Shown: one piece after another, positions 22,732 through 34,185 of the stretch | Position numbering within the stretch: position 1 is the first letter of the stretch | Layout: every line of letters starts with the position of its first letter | NCBI GenBank assembly: GCA_965240325.2 | Contig: OZ251230.1 | Span: 186,001-250,000 of the forward strand | Length of the DNA: 64,000 nucleotides | Source of the DNA: Rebecca billardiae RCC1528 | Lineage: Eukaryota > Protista > Haptophyta | Direction of reading: 5' to 3' | Notes under the pieces: generated by a model | Databases searched by the model: none | Seen by the model: only the letters and a program-made list of their open reading frames with translations | Told to the model about the DNA's origin: nothing | Made by a program: the position numbers and the translations under genes

Positions 22732-24024
22732 ATGGGATTGGGCCCAGCCCCCCGCGTATCAGAACAAGGCTCCGAAAAGTTACCGCGCCGGCGGAACCAG
22801 CGGCGCACGTGGTCGACAGAAGAGGATGATCGCCTGCGCACGCTCGTGAATCGCCACGGCACGAACGCCTGGGCGATCGTCTCGCAACAGCACGGCACGC
22901 GATCGCACGCGCAGTGCCGCGAGCGATGGCAGACCGCGCTCAGCCCCGACCTCAACCTCGACCCCTGGTCGGAGGAGGAGGACGCGCTCATCCTTCGTGG
23001 CGTCGCGACGATCGGCAAGCACTGGTCCCGGCTCCAGCGGCTGCTGCCGGGCAGGTCCAGCCACGCGATCAAGAATCGCTACCGAGCAATCCACCTCCGC
23101 GTCGCACCGGCGCAGGCCGAGGTGCCCAGCGCGAGCAACTTGCCGCTGGGCCTCGGCCTCGGCGCGATGCCCGCGGTTCCGATGGGTTTGGCAGCTCGGC
23201 CGGCGGCCAGCCCCCCGGCCCACCACTCGCCCTTCGACGCGCTCTCGCAGGCGGCTCGGCCGGCCGACGGCGACGCACATCTCGTCGACCAGCTCGTCGA
23301 CTGGATTCAGTTCGTCGACACCCCGCCGGCGGACGGCGCGACGCGCGCGAGATTAGTCGAGCTTTTGCTCGCGCAGTTGCGACAGTTTGTGCTGGACCCA
23401 TCGCGCGTCGCTCCCGCGCGCGCCTCGCCGCAGCCGGCCGCGGACGTGACCCGATGGGCGGGCGCCGCCAGCAGCTCGTACGACCACCAGCTCGCGCAGC
23501 AGCTGCAGAGCGTGCCGCCGATGCCGGACGCGACGCCGAGCGCGCTGCACCTGCTGAACAGCCTGCCGCGCCTCAACGCGTCGGCGTCGGCGACGCCGCC
23601 CTCGGCGTTCAACTCGCGCTTGCCCGACATGCCTGACATGTTCGACGACTTGTTTGGCTCGCAGTTCGACGATGCGCGCGCGCCCGCGCCGCCCGCGTCG
23701 TCCTTCAACCCGCGCGCAGCCGACGCCCTCGAGAGCTTCGGCGGCGCGCAGCCCTACTCACATCATCCAAGCGGAGCAGCGGGCATCTCCTCGCTCGGCG
23801 GCGCGCACTTCAACAAGGCGCCCACCCACCCCCTCGCGCAGGCTGGCGGCGGCGAGTGGAATCTGCCGCACCGCAACCAGCTGGCAACCTCCATGGCTGG
23901 CGGCACAGGCGCAGGGGGAGGAGGGGGGAAGACGGACCCGGTCATGATGTCCATGATCGCGCACCGTCTGTTCATGCAGCAGCAGCTCCGCGCAGCTGGC
24001 GTGCAGAGCAGTCACGGCATGTAA
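22732..24024 (+). CDS. R2R3-MYB transcription factor
   Basis: WSTEEDDRL..W...RSHAQCRERW..LSPDL..PWSEEEDALI..HWSRL..LLPGRSSHAIKNRY; low-complexity P/S/Q-rich C-terminus; start uncertain (in-frame ATGs also near 22513). Confidence 0.92.
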   Translation: MGLGPAPRVSEQGSEKLPRRRNQRRTWSTEEDDRLRTLVNRHGTNAWAIVSQQHGTRSHAQCRERWQTALSPDLNLDPWSEEEDALILRGVATIGKHWSRLQRLLPGRSSHAIKNRYRAIHLRVAPAQAEVPSASNLPLGLGLGAMPAVPMGLAARPAASPPAHHSPFDALSQAARPADGDAHLVDQLVDWIQFVDTPPADGATRARLVELLLAQLRQFVLDPSRVAPARASPQPAADVTRWAGAASSSYDHQLAQQLQSVPPMPDATPSALHLLNSLPRLNASASATPPSAFNSRLPDMPDMFDDLFGSQFDDARAPAPPASSFNPRAADALESFGGAQPYSHHPSGAAGISSLGGAHFNKAPTHPLAQAGGGEWNLPHRNQLATSMAGGTGAGGGGGKTDPVMMSMIAHRLFMQQQLRAAGVQSSHGM

Positions 24025-24322
24025 CGCGCGCCACGGGCGTCCCGCCGCCGGTCCGCGCGCGTCCGCGATCCGAACGAGAGACCGTTCGTCCAATGACCGA
24101 TCGGACCATTCGGACCAGGACCACCTCGGATCAGCAGTCAGTCAGTCGTCTTCGCGCTCGGTGACACCTGGCACGCCCACGGTGCGCACCGCCGCGGTTT
24201 CAGCTTGTCCGTCTCAGCCAGTCTGAGTCAGGCTTCCGATATGATTCTAGCTTTCAACGTGCGGCCTCTGACAGTCGCTACAGACACACTCACACAGTAA
24301 GTCAGGCGGGCACGACCGCACG

Positions 24323-25492
24323 ATGCGCGCTTGGGTCGCCGCGCCTGTGGCGTGCGCCGTCGGCCTCGTCATCGTGTTGGCGATCTTACTCCTGGGCCCG
24401 GGCGGCGCGGGCACGCTCCACAAGGCTGGACCGGCGCCAAAGTCGAGCGACGAGTTCTCGCGCATGATGGCCGAGGCGTCCCGCGCGAACGAGACACTGC
24501 TCACCTATCTCTATCCGAGCCTGGAAAACCTCACCTCCGACGTGCGGCACAACTGGGCGCCTTCGACGCGCGGGTGCGAGGTGAAGACGGACTGCTGGTG
24601 CTTCCACGTGCGAGGCGACATGAGCTCGTCGAAGAACCCGGGCGGCTGGCGTACCTGCTCCAAGTCGGAGACGCTCAAGAGCAGCTGCAACCGGCAGGCC
24701 AACGACTGCGCGTGCTTCAGCGGCGACGACTGCCTCTTCTCCGACATGCGGCCGACGAAGCTGCTCGCTGTCGCCGCCGTGGCGAAGCTCGCGGGCATCA
24801 CGCACATCATCGAGGAGGGCCGCTTCGGCGGCCTCTCCGCGCACCTGTACGACAGCGTGCTCGGGCTGCGCGTGACGAGCGTCGAGTTCCTGCCGCTGGT
24901 TGGGCCGACCAACGCGCTCACGCGCCTCTCGCCCGGCGTGCGCATGCTCAACGGCGACGGCAAGGTGCTCGTGCCAGAGCTGGTGGCGAATATGACGGAC
25001 GAGGAGGCGGCGCACACGCTGGTCATCTTCGACGGCGAGAAGCGCTTCGGCGCGCACGAGACGTACCTCAAGATCAGGGACAGGGTGGGCGCCGCACAGG
25101 CGCGGCGCGTGAGCGCCCGCCTGCCGCGCTCCTCACGCGTGCTGCCCCGCACGCGCGCCACGCCGCGCCAGGTCGGCGTGGCCATCTTCGACGACACGAA
25201 CCTGAAGGACGGGCCCGAGTTCAAGAAGGCGCTCGCCGACAACGGCTACGTCCTCTTTGACACCACCGACAAGCTGTACGATCCGTTCGTGGCGCGCGAG
25301 GCGGTGCCCCTCACGTTGCTCGAGCCGCTCAACGACGAGCGGCTGAGGCGAGAGCGCGACCAGGGGACCGCCGACAAGTCGCACGCGGCGGCGCGCTGGA
25401 GGAAAGGCTCGGCGCAGGTGCGATGGCAGGGCGGCGTCAACATGCTCGCGACGATGCACTTCACGATCGTGCGCGGCGGAGCCTGGCGGTAG
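24323..25492 (+). CDS. Signal-anchored protein with Cys-rich segment and class I SAM-methyltransferase-like domain (intron 25085-25171)
   Basis: N-terminal TM ACAVGLVIVLAILLLG; seven clustered Cys; HIIEEGRFGGLS, VTSVE, NGDG, LVIFDGEK and AIFDDT follow Rossmann methyltransferase motif order; in-frame 87-nt GT-AG intron. Confidence 0.65.
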   Translation: MRAWVAAPVACAVGLVIVLAILLLGPGGAGTLHKAGPAPKSSDEFSRMMAEASRANETLLTYLYPSLENLTSDVRHNWAPSTRGCEVKTDCWCFHVRGDMSSSKNPGGWRTCSKSETLKSSCNRQANDCACFSGDDCLFSDMRPTKLLAVAAVAKLAGITHIIEEGRFGGLSAHLYDSVLGLRVTSVEFLPLVGPTNALTRLSPGVRMLNGDGKVLVPELVANMTDEEAAHTLVIFDGEKRFGAHETYLKIRDRVGAAQARRVSARLPRSSRVLPRTRATPRQVGVAIFDDTNLKDGPEFKKALADNGYVLFDTTDKLYDPFVAREAVPLTLLEPLNDERLRRERDQGTADKSHAAARWRKGSAQVRWQGGVNMLATMHFTIVRGGAWR

Positions 25493-25858
25493 CGGGTAGT
25501 GGCGCGCGCGGAGTCAGCACGGACTCCCGTTCTGACCGGACCATCACGGGCACGGTCAGGCGACGCCGTCATGCCGACGGCGTCACACTCACGTTGTCGC
25601 CTGTCGACTGTCGTGTCAGCCAGGATTCTCGATCGCGCTGCTGATACGCGGTATCAGATCTCTGCTGCCGACTGACTCGCCCGCCGAGGCGGCTGACGAC
25701 TACAAGGGCGAGGCGTCCGGCAGCATGGCACTTGGCAGCTCGCCAGCTCCGGCGGAGTCCGGGAGTCCGGGCCGCCGCGTCCGACGACATGAGTACGACA
25801 TCGATCTGGCACATAGTCTGCTGCTATCGTCAGCATCAGCTATAACTATATACGACAT

Positions 25859-25893
25859 AGAGAGAGAGAGAGCCAGAGAGAGAGAGAGAGAGA

Positions 25894-25942
<49 letters not shown>
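25859..25942. repeat. (GA)n microsatellite
   Basis: Interrupted AG dinucleotide run between convergent genes. Confidence 0.95.
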
Positions 25943-25944
<2 letters not shown>

Positions 25945-26057
25945 CAGCAGATATCGCGACGCGATATATTCAGAGTCATATATTTTCGCGCGCGATCGAA
26001 TCGCTCGGAATCGCGCGCACTGGTCTGCTGACGATGAGTGCTGATGACAAAGATCGG

Positions 26058-26799
26058 CTAGCCGGTCGCGGAGCGCGCGCTCGCCGCCATCTGCTGCAGC
26101 AGGCTGGCAATCAGCGCCGGGCTGATGGGCATCGCGTGCTGCTCGTCAGCGCCGCCGCCGCCGTTGGCCCTCTCGCCAAACGAGCCGAGCCCCGACTCGT
26201 CGGCCGCGCTGCCGTCCGAGTCGCCGTCGAGCTGCTCGACGGTGCTCACGCGCGCGCCCGACCGGCCGCGCGACGCCAGGTACGCGCGCAGCGCCTCGCC
26301 AAAGTCGTCGGTCGTGATCGCCGCGCGCCCGCGCCGCACGGCGGTGAAGGCGGCCTCGTTCACCAGGTTTGAGAGCTCGGCGCCGGAGAAGCCGGCGGTG
26401 GACGCGGCGACGGCGTCGAGGCGCACGCCGTCGGCGAGGACGACCTTGCGCACGTGCACGGCGAGGATCGCGGCGCGCTCCGTCGCGTTCGGCAGGCTGA
26501 GTCGCACCACCCGGTCGAAGCGCCCTGCCCGCGCGCACAGCCGCGCGCGCGGCGAGGCGCGCCGCGCCGCGTGCGGGCGAGCGTGCGCGTGAGCGCGCGC
26601 GCATGCCACACACATGCACACACACGTGCGCTCGCCAGCGCGACGGTGCGCGCGCGCGCGCGCGCGCACCGGGGCGCACGAGCGCCTCGTCCAGCAGCGA
26701 GTACCGGTTCGTCGCGCCGACCACGAGCACGCCGGCCGCGGGCGTGAAGCCGTCCATCTCGGCCAGCAGCGCGTTCACCGCGTGGTCGTGCTCCTCGCT

Positions 26800-26833
<34 letters not shown>

Positions 26834-27795
26834 AGCAGGCCGCCGCCGCCGGCGCGCTGGCGGCCGAGCGCGTCGAGCTCGTCGACGAAGATGACGCTGG
26901 GCGCGAGCGCGCGCGCGCGCTCGAACAGCCGGCGCACGCGCGACGCGCCGCGCCCGACGAACACCTCGACGAAGTCCGAGCCCGCGCACGCGATGTAGGC
27001 GGCGCGCGCGGAGGAGGCGATGGCGCGCGCGAGCAGCGTCTTGCCCGTGCCGGGCGGGCCGACAAGGAGGAGGCCGCGCGGGCAGCGCGCGCCGGCGGCG
27101 CGGTAGCGCGCCGGGTTGCGCAGGCAGTCGCACACCTCCATCACCTGCACCTTCGCCGACGCCATCCCGGCGATGTCGTCGAACGTGACGGCAGGCCCCG
27201 CCTCCACGAGCTCGTCCGCGCGCACGGAGCCGCCGCCAGCGCCGCCGCCGCCGGTCGCCTCGTTGACCATGCGCCAGAGCATGGCGGAGATGACGCCGAG
27301 GTAGACGATGGGCGCGGCGACGAGCACACCCTGCACCGCGCGCGCGAGCGCGCTCGGGCGCAGCGTGCCCAGCCGCACGCCGCGCTCGAGCAGCAGCTCG
27401 GTCAGCTGCGGCGGCAGGGGCACCAGCCGCGTCTGGATGATGGACGCGGCCGCGCCGGCGGTGGCGCTCGCGGCGGCGGAGGCGCCGGCGGACGCGGCGT
27501 CGCTGAGCTGCGCGTAGATCAGCCCGCCCGCGCCCACCGCCACCGAGCGCACCGCGTCGTCCTTCACCAGCCGCACAAAGTCGGAGAGCGGGACCTCGCG
27601 CAGCGCGGGCGCAGAGCCGAGCCGCCGGCGCATCCAGGCGGCGGCGGCGAAGGAGAGGAGGAAGGGCATGCCCACCGCGCACGCGGCGCGCGCCTGCGGC
27701 GAGGCCGACGCGCTCACCGCGCGCAGGTACCGCGCGACGCGTCGCACGAGCGCACGGAGGCGGCGCTGGCGGGGCGGCGGCGAGTCGTCGTCCAT
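26058..27795 (-). CDS. FtsH-like membrane AAA+ ATPase lacking the M41 protease domain (intron 26669-26525)
   Basis: Two TM segments, VTFDDIAG, GPPGTGKT, FVDELD, NALLAEMDGF, GATNR..LDEALVRPG-RFDR, GFSGAELSNLVNEAA; ends shortly after the lid with no HEXXH. Confidence 0.9.
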
Positions 27796-28256
27796 GGCTG
27801 CTCGGCGGCCGATACTTGCTGGCACGTCGCAGCGGCAAGACGCCAAGACTCGTGAGTCTTGTGACTCGTCGAGCTAGATGAGCCAAGGCCCTCCCTTGGA
27901 TGAGCTGAGGCGCTCACTCAATCACTCAGTCTCACAGTCACTGTCTGACAGTCATGAGTCAATGGCGAGCGCTCACTCACTAACTAGTAACTGCCCGTCA
28001 CTTCGTCGTCAGTCAGTCTTCACTCTTGATCACTCGGAGTCTCAGCTGTCATCCGCGATGGCACAGTCACTGTCACAGTTATACGACCGTAGGTGTCACA
28101 CAGCGGCGGCGCCAACAATGCCGAGATCCGGGATCGGGATTAATCGAATTAATAAGGCCACCAGGGCCAGGGGACCCCTGTCCGGCTGTCCGGCAGGCGG
28201 CAGGGGAGGCCGGGAGGCGGAGAGATGAGACAGGCCTCTCAGACTCAGTCAGAGAG

Positions 28257-30198
28257 TAGCCCGGTCCATCCCGATTTTCGCCAGTGAAAAAGCCTTTTTC
28301 GGATTTTGGGCGCCTCATTTCTCCCGATTTTTCTCGTCGCTCGTCGCGCTCGTCAAAAATCGCCACCGGCCGTCCGACGGCTCGCCGCGACGAAGGTCGG
28401 GAAGGGGCTCGAGAGCCTCGACTGGACGACTGCGCCGCCTCATGTCAGGTGTAGTGCTGGACACATCGTTCGGGTGCCCCGGTGGTGTGCGTGCACACCT
28501 TGAGCGACATGTCTGCGTTGCTTCCGCCGCCCGCGGTCCGTCGCCAGGTCGACTTCTCGCCCGACGGCGCGCGTCGAACGCTCACCTGCTGGGTTACGCC
28601 GTGCCTTCGAGAAGGGGCACCTCCGGGAATATGCGCGGCACGCGACGGCTCGCATGGGGCACCGCCTACCCCTAGCATGTACTCGATGCCACCACCAGCT
28701 TTGGGCGCGCTGCGCATCGCCAACGCTTCATGCGGCCAGTCCCGTCACGTTTGCGCATGGGTCGTCCTGAGCGGCGGCTGTCGATTTGTGCTCCTCGTGG
28801 AGCTGTATGACGGGCTGGTGGCGAGCAGGATGGCTCGCCTTGCGGGGCTGGGTGTGTACAGTCGCAGTGTAGTGGCTGCCGGCTGACTCCCATCGCCTGG
28901 GTGCTGCTTTACCGTCATGGCCTTTGCTGCGAGCACAAGGTCGAGGATCGTACCGCGGTCTGTGAGGCAGAGTCGACGGAGTCGTCGCTTGAAGATGGTT
29001 GAGAGCGCTCATACGTCTTCCTTGGTGTCGTGCGGCTACTCCAGCACGCAAGGCTCGCGCTCTGGCACGTGTTTGGTGTCCATGGGTGGCACATTGTGCC
29101 ATTCGGGTGGCTCGGAAGCACGTGCTCGGGTGTCTTTCCCGTTTACGCGCGGTGGGCCAAGCCACCACGCATGGCCAGAGCATGTCATGGCACGCAGAGG
29201 GTGCCCATGAACGATCCCCACCCCGGTGGTGGCCGGAGGCGCACTCGAAGCGGCCGCATCGTCACCCGCGGATCACATCAGTCCGCCGTTGAGGCTGTCG
29301 GGCGAGCAAAGACGTGCGATCTGACCCTTGGACGAGCAGCTAGAACCGCGATTATGCCTCATCTAAGGACGCACATGTCGTCGTTGTAGGCAGTACTGAT
29401 GCCCCAAGTGAAAGGGCGGGCGTGGCACGCGACTAGACAGCTTGAATGACTCGATGCACGCCGCCATGGACACGCGATCCGGATCCGTTGCGAACCTGCC
29501 GTGTGGCTCACGGCGGCGCGCGTTGTGCCGCAGATCGGCCAGTCGCCACGCAGGAGATGGTCTTCAGACCAGGTCCAGCACCTGACCGACTGCCGCACGC
29601 CTGGCCGGGTGGGAGTCCGGCCCTCTTCTTGTCTGCAGGAGTGCGCGGAAGGCCAGGCGGAGCCTCGTCCGACCACTGCACCCCGAGCGCCGCACTAATC
29701 GTGCAGCCTGGGACAGCTACCCACCTATGGCGAATATGTAACGACATAGTGGCATTGTAATTATACAGGTCCAGACCTCATATTTATGCGGGTACATTGC
29801 CCATACCATGCGGGTACAAATGGGTAATATAGTCGATCTTGCAGTAGTTGAGTACGGCCACTTGCGCACAGACCACAGCCCATCCTAATGGCCTGTACCA
29901 AGGTTCATGCTCGCCTCGACGTACGCCAATAAGTAAGTTCGTGATGCGTTTGGGCTCATTTCGGCTAAGTACTTACCCACATTCAGACTGACGATTCTCT
30001 ATGTGTCCGTAGTTGTCCGCGGCGCGCGCGCGCGCGCTCACGACGGGCCGCGGATGCGATTTTTAGGCCGAAACTTTTGCTCCGCCCGGGCTGGGTCCAT
30101 TTAATGCGCTGTTTCCGGGTGTGAGCGCGTGCCTAGGGCCCCGCATTCATTTGGCGATAAAATCCCCGAAAGTGCTCCAGTGCGTTTGGACCAGGCTA
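28257..30198. mobile_element. Non-autonomous DNA transposon, copy 2 (1942 bp, inverted relative to copy 1), 7-bp TSD CAGAGAG
   Basis: Ends TAGCCCGGTCCA...TGGACCAGGCTA; CAGAGAG at 28250-28256 and 30199-30205; colinear reverse complement of 2426-4361. Confidence 0.92.
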
Positions 30199-30497
30199 CA
30201 GAGAGAGAGAGCAGAATCTGAATAATACTACACGTGCGTCACGAGTGCAACGACGCGATGATGACGAATAGTCGAATATATATATATGTATATATATATA
30301 TACTAATTCTATGATTTTTTAACTAAGACGACACTCAGGCACTGATGCCTGATCTGGCTGACCTACAACTACCGCCTACGGCTACAGGCGAACAGTCGTC
30401 CCGCCTCACAGCAGAGTCTGCAGAGTGAATTGTCATGCAATAACTTCGGTCATCAGCAAGAATGCCGCCAGAACGGCAGCAGGCGCAGGATCGCAGA

Positions 30498-32321
30498 TCA
30501 CGGTGCCACGGAGACGCGCACGGGTGCCGGGCGTGTCGCTTCCTGCTGCCCTCCCTGGCGCGCAGCACGCTCTGCCATCATCGCCGCAGCCGCCGAGCTG
30601 TCCAGGGCCCGGGGGAAGTCCTCCTCCTCCTCCTCCTCCTCCTCGCCGTCCTCGTCGTCGCCCGCTGCCGCGGCCGCGCCGCTCCGCTCAGGCGCCGCCG
30701 CCTCGTGCGGAGAGCCCGGCCTGGCCGGCGCAGCCTCCGGCTCGGCCGCGGACGCAGCCTGCGCCGACGACGGTGGCAGGCCGCCTGCGCCCTGAGCCGC
30801 GGCCGCCTGCCCGCCCGCGTCGACGCGCACGCGCATGGGTGGCGCGCGCTCCGCCTCGGCCGCGGCAGGCGCGGCGGCCGCGGCGCTGCCGGCCAAAGAG
30901 TGCGCCGCGCCGCCGCCGCCGCCGCCACCGCCGCCGCCACGCTCCGGCTCGGCGGTGCGCGCGGCGCCGGGCTCTCGCTGCCGCGCCGCGGCTGCCTCGC
31001 ACATCTGCGCGAACACCCCCCGCAGCTCGGCGAGCACGCCCTCCCCCGTGAGCGAGCCCTCGTACACCGACCACTCCAACTCCATCGGCGCCGCGCTCGA
31101 CTGTGCGGGCGCGGGCGCGAGCAGCAGCACAGCGCCTGCAGAGCGCGCCAGGCCCACGCCCAGCCGCGCGCGCAGGTCGGCGTCGGCGGCCGCGCTAGCG
31201 TGCGCGAGGAGCACCCGGCCGTGCTCCGTCGTCGCGAGCGCGTGCCACGCGTCCGACGGCCCGGCGTCCGGCTCGTCCGCGAGCAGCAGCGCGCAGCCGC
31301 ACGGCGCGTGCGTCGAGACAGCGCGCGCGAGCGCCTCCAGCTGCTCTGCGCCCGGCTCGAGCGCGGCCGAGAGCTTGGGCACGTGCGCGAGGAGGCGCGC
31401 GCCGAGGCGCTCGGCGGAGAGCTCGCCGGCGTACACCTCGCTGCCATGCGCCGACGCGATGAACACGCTCGGCAGCGCGCGCACGCCGTACTCGAGCGCG
31501 ACGCGCGGGTGCGCGCCGCCGTCGAGCGCCGCCACCGTGGCCAGCTCGGACAGCGCCGCGCCCACGTCCTCGAGCACAGCGCCGAGGGCGCGCGAGCCGG
31601 GCGCGGCGTCGGGGCGGCCGTCGAAGAAGCCGACGCAGAGGACCACCGTCGACTCGTCCTCCGCCAGCGCCGCGAGCTCCGCCGCGTCCGCCGCGACGTG
31701 CACGGGCGAGTGCGTGCCGAAGAGGGGCGGCTGCGGCGGCTGAGGCGGCTGCGGCGGCTGAGGCGCGCGCGCGCCTGCGCCGCCGCCGCCGGTCGCGGGC
31801 GCGCGCTGCCCGGCGAAGCGCGACTGGTGCAGCCGGCTGCCGCGCGGGCCGCCCGACCCCGCGCGCCCGCCGCCGCCCGGCCCCGCTGCCCCCGCGCCGC
31901 CCGCCTCCTCCGCCGCCGCCCCGTCCCCAAAGCCAAAGACTTGACGAAACAGCGCCTCCGGCTCGGTGAAGACAAACACGCGCGCGCCGCCGCCGGGCGA
32001 GCCCGCGGTGGGCGCGCCGGGCGCGCCGGCCTCGAGCCGGCGCAGTCCCTCCTCGCCGTGCGCGTCGTACACCGCGCGCTTCTCCCGGTCCGAGAGCACC
32101 TCGTACGCGCGCGAGATCGAGTGGAAGCGCGCGGCCGCCTGCTCGTCGCCCTTCGCCTTGTCCGGGTGGTGCTGCAGCGCGGCGCGGCGGTAGGCCTGCT
32201 TGACCTCGCGCTCGCTCGCCGTGCGCGGCAGCGCGAGCGCCTCGTACAGGTCCTCGCCGCGCGCGCCAAGCGCCGCCAGCGCACAGAGCGCCGCGGCAAA
32301 AAGGGACGTGCGCGACCCCAT
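30498..32321 (-). CDS. ER-type DnaJ protein with signal peptide and redox-inactive thioredoxin-like domains
   Basis: Signal peptide, DLYEAL..VKQAYRRAALQHHPDK..AYEVLSDREKRAVYD, thioredoxin-like VAALDG..YGVRALPSV without CxxC; ATG at 32321. Confidence 0.85.
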   Translation of the reverse strand: MGSRTSLFAAALCALAALGARGEDLYEALALPRTASEREVKQAYRRAALQHHPDKAKGDEQAAARFHSISRAYEVLSDREKRAVYDAHGEEGLRRLEAGAPGAPTAGSPGGGARVFVFTEPEALFRQVFGFGDGAAAEEAGGAGAAGPGGGGRAGSGGPRGSRLHQSRFAGQRAPATGGGGAGARAPQPPQPPQPPQPPLFGTHSPVHVAADAAELAALAEDESTVVLCVGFFDGRPDAAPGSRALGAVLEDVGAALSELATVAALDGGAHPRVALEYGVRALPSVFIASAHGSEVYAGELSAERLGARLLAHVPKLSAALEPGAEQLEALARAVSTHAPCGCALLLADEPDAGPSDAWHALATTEHGRVLLAHASAAADADLRARLGVGLARSAGAVLLLAPAPAQSSAAPMELEWSVYEGSLTGEGVLAELRGVFAQMCEAAAARQREPGAARTAEPERGGGGGGGGGGAAHSLAGSAAAAAPAAAEAERAPPMRVRVDAGGQAAAAQGAGGLPPSSAQAASAAEPEAAPARPGSPHEAAAPERSGAAAAAGDDEDGEEEEEEEEDFPRALDSSAAAAMMAERAARQGGQQEATRPAPVRVSVAP

Positions 32322-32763
32322 CGTGGCCGACTGCAGATTTCCGCCGGCCGCGTTGACTTCTGCGTCGAGTTCTGCCACGTCACCCGGAGCTCTCCAGCGC
32401 TGCGCACGCACCCAGCAAAGACTCTTTGGCGCACACGCGTCCGCTTGCGGAGAACGGGAGACAGTGATCGTAGATTGTTGCCGGACTCTTGCGCTGTGAC
32501 TGACTGACGATGAACCGTTGGCGTATGCCGCGTATGGGGGTACTACTGTCAGAGACGTATGCGGTATGTAGATCATGTGTCACAGCTGAAACTGCACTGT
32601 GACACAGCTGACTGAGTCCGCTGGCCGGGGCCGAGCGAGGACGTGAATAGCGCGGAGGTACTGAGACGCATCAGTGGTGGGAGCATGATGAGCCGCATCA
32701 TCAGAGCCCTCTGCTGAGCAGCAACGAACGTCCAACGACAAACTCAGGCTTACCCGCGTCGCC

Positions 32764-34185
32764 TCATCGCGCGCTGCCTTGCCCCGCGTCCGCCGCGGCG
32801 TCGCAGATGCGCGCGAGCGCCTCGTCGAGCGTCGCGCGCGCGCACGCCACGTTGAGGCGCACGAACGCCTCGCACGGCCACGGGCTGGGCGCCGCCGCCG
32901 AGCCGCGCGGCGCGAACTCGTCTCCAAACGAGGGCAGCACGCGCGCGCGCTCGATGAACCAGCGCCGCAGCGCGACGCGCCCGTCGAGCCCGTGCGCGGC
33001 GCACAGCCCGGCGCAGTCGACCCAGAGCAGGAAGCCCGCGTCCGGCACCGCCGCGCGGAACAGCCCCGGCGGCGCGCGCCGCTCGAGCGCGCGCGCGCCG
33101 TGCTCGAGGTTGGCGCGCATGAACGGCAGCAGCGCGCGCAGCCACGCGTCCGTGCCGCCGCCCTCCTCTGCGTATGCGGCGCGCAGCGCGGCCGAGGCGA
33201 AGGCGTTGCCGAACGTGCCGTGGTGGTGCTCCACCGCCGCGAGGTACGCGCGGCGCTCGAGCTCGCGCGGCAGCACGAGGAACGCCGCGTGCAGCCCCGC
33301 CGTGTTGAACGCCTTGCCCGGGCCGCTCACTGTCAGCACTGACGGCTGCTCCCGCGCGGGGAGTTCGGACGCGGCGAGCGCGGCGGGCGTGTGCGCGTGC
33401 GTGCCGTGCGTCAGGTCGGCGTGCAGCTCGTCCGAGAGCAGCGGCACGCCGTGCGCCGCGCACAGCCGCAGCAGCGCGTGCAGCTCCGCGCGCCGCCACA
33501 CGCGCCCGCTCGGGTTGTGCGGGCTGCACAGAATCAGCAGCCGCACGCGCGGCACGCCCTCGCCGCCCGCGCCGAGCTGCGCGCGCAGCACGGGCCAGTC
33601 GATCTCGACGGTGCCCTCGGCCAGGCGCAGGTGGTGCGCGACGAGCGTGCGCCCCTCCCCGTGCACGATGTCCTGCAGCGGCGCGTACAGCGGCGTGAAG
33701 ACGAGCACGCCGTCGCCCGGCCGCGTGAGCGCGCGGACGACGTTGCATGCAGCCGCGACCGCCGACGGCGCAAAGACGAGGGCGTCGCGCGGGACGTGCC
33801 AGCCGTGCCGCCGGCCGAGCCACGAGCGCACCGCGTCCCACATCTCCTCCGGCTGCACCGTGTACCCGTACACGCCGTGCGCCGCGCGCCTGCGCACGGC
33901 CGCGGCGATCTGCGGCGCGCACGGCAGGTCCATGTCCGCCACCCACATCGGGATGCACGCCGAGGCGCCCTCGCCGTAGAGGGCGTCGAGGAGGCCGGCG
34001 TGGTGCTTCACGGCGTCCGTGCCCGATCGGTCGATCGGCGCCGCGCGCAGCGAGAAGGGCTCGCGCCGCCGCCGGTGAGCGCGCCACGCGGCGAGCGCTG
34101 CGGCCGCGATCAGCGCGCCGGCGGCGGCGACGGCTCCGCGGAAACTTCGCGGCAGCGGCGGAACGCCTCCATCGGCTCGAGGCAT
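32764..34185 (-). CDS. MalY/PatB-family PLP-dependent C-S lyase (cystathionine beta-lyase-like) with N-terminal signal anchor
   Basis: IPMWVADMD, HGVYGY, LCSPHNPSGRVW, SDELHADL, PGKAFNTAGL (PLP lysine), FVRLNVAC; the only in-frame ATG upstream of the domain is at 34185. Confidence 0.9.
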   Translation of the reverse strand: MPRADGGVPPLPRSFRGAVAAAGALIAAAALAAWRAHRRRREPFSLRAAPIDRSGTDAVKHHAGLLDALYGEGASACIPMWVADMDLPCAPQIAAAVRRRAAHGVYGYTVQPEEMWDAVRSWLGRRHGWHVPRDALVFAPSAVAAACNVVRALTRPGDGVLVFTPLYAPLQDIVHGEGRTLVAHHLRLAEGTVEIDWPVLRAQLGAGGEGVPRVRLLILCSPHNPSGRVWRRAELHALLRLCAAHGVPLLSDELHADLTHGTHAHTPAALAASELPAREQPSVLTVSGPGKAFNTAGLHAAFLVLPRELERRAYLAAVEHHHGTFGNAFASAALRAAYAEEGGGTDAWLRALLPFMRANLEHGARALERRAPPGLFRAAVPDAGFLLWVDCAGLCAAHGLDGRVALRRWFIERARVLPSFGDEFAPRGSAAAPSPWPCEAFVRLNVACARATLDEALARICDAAADAGQGSAR

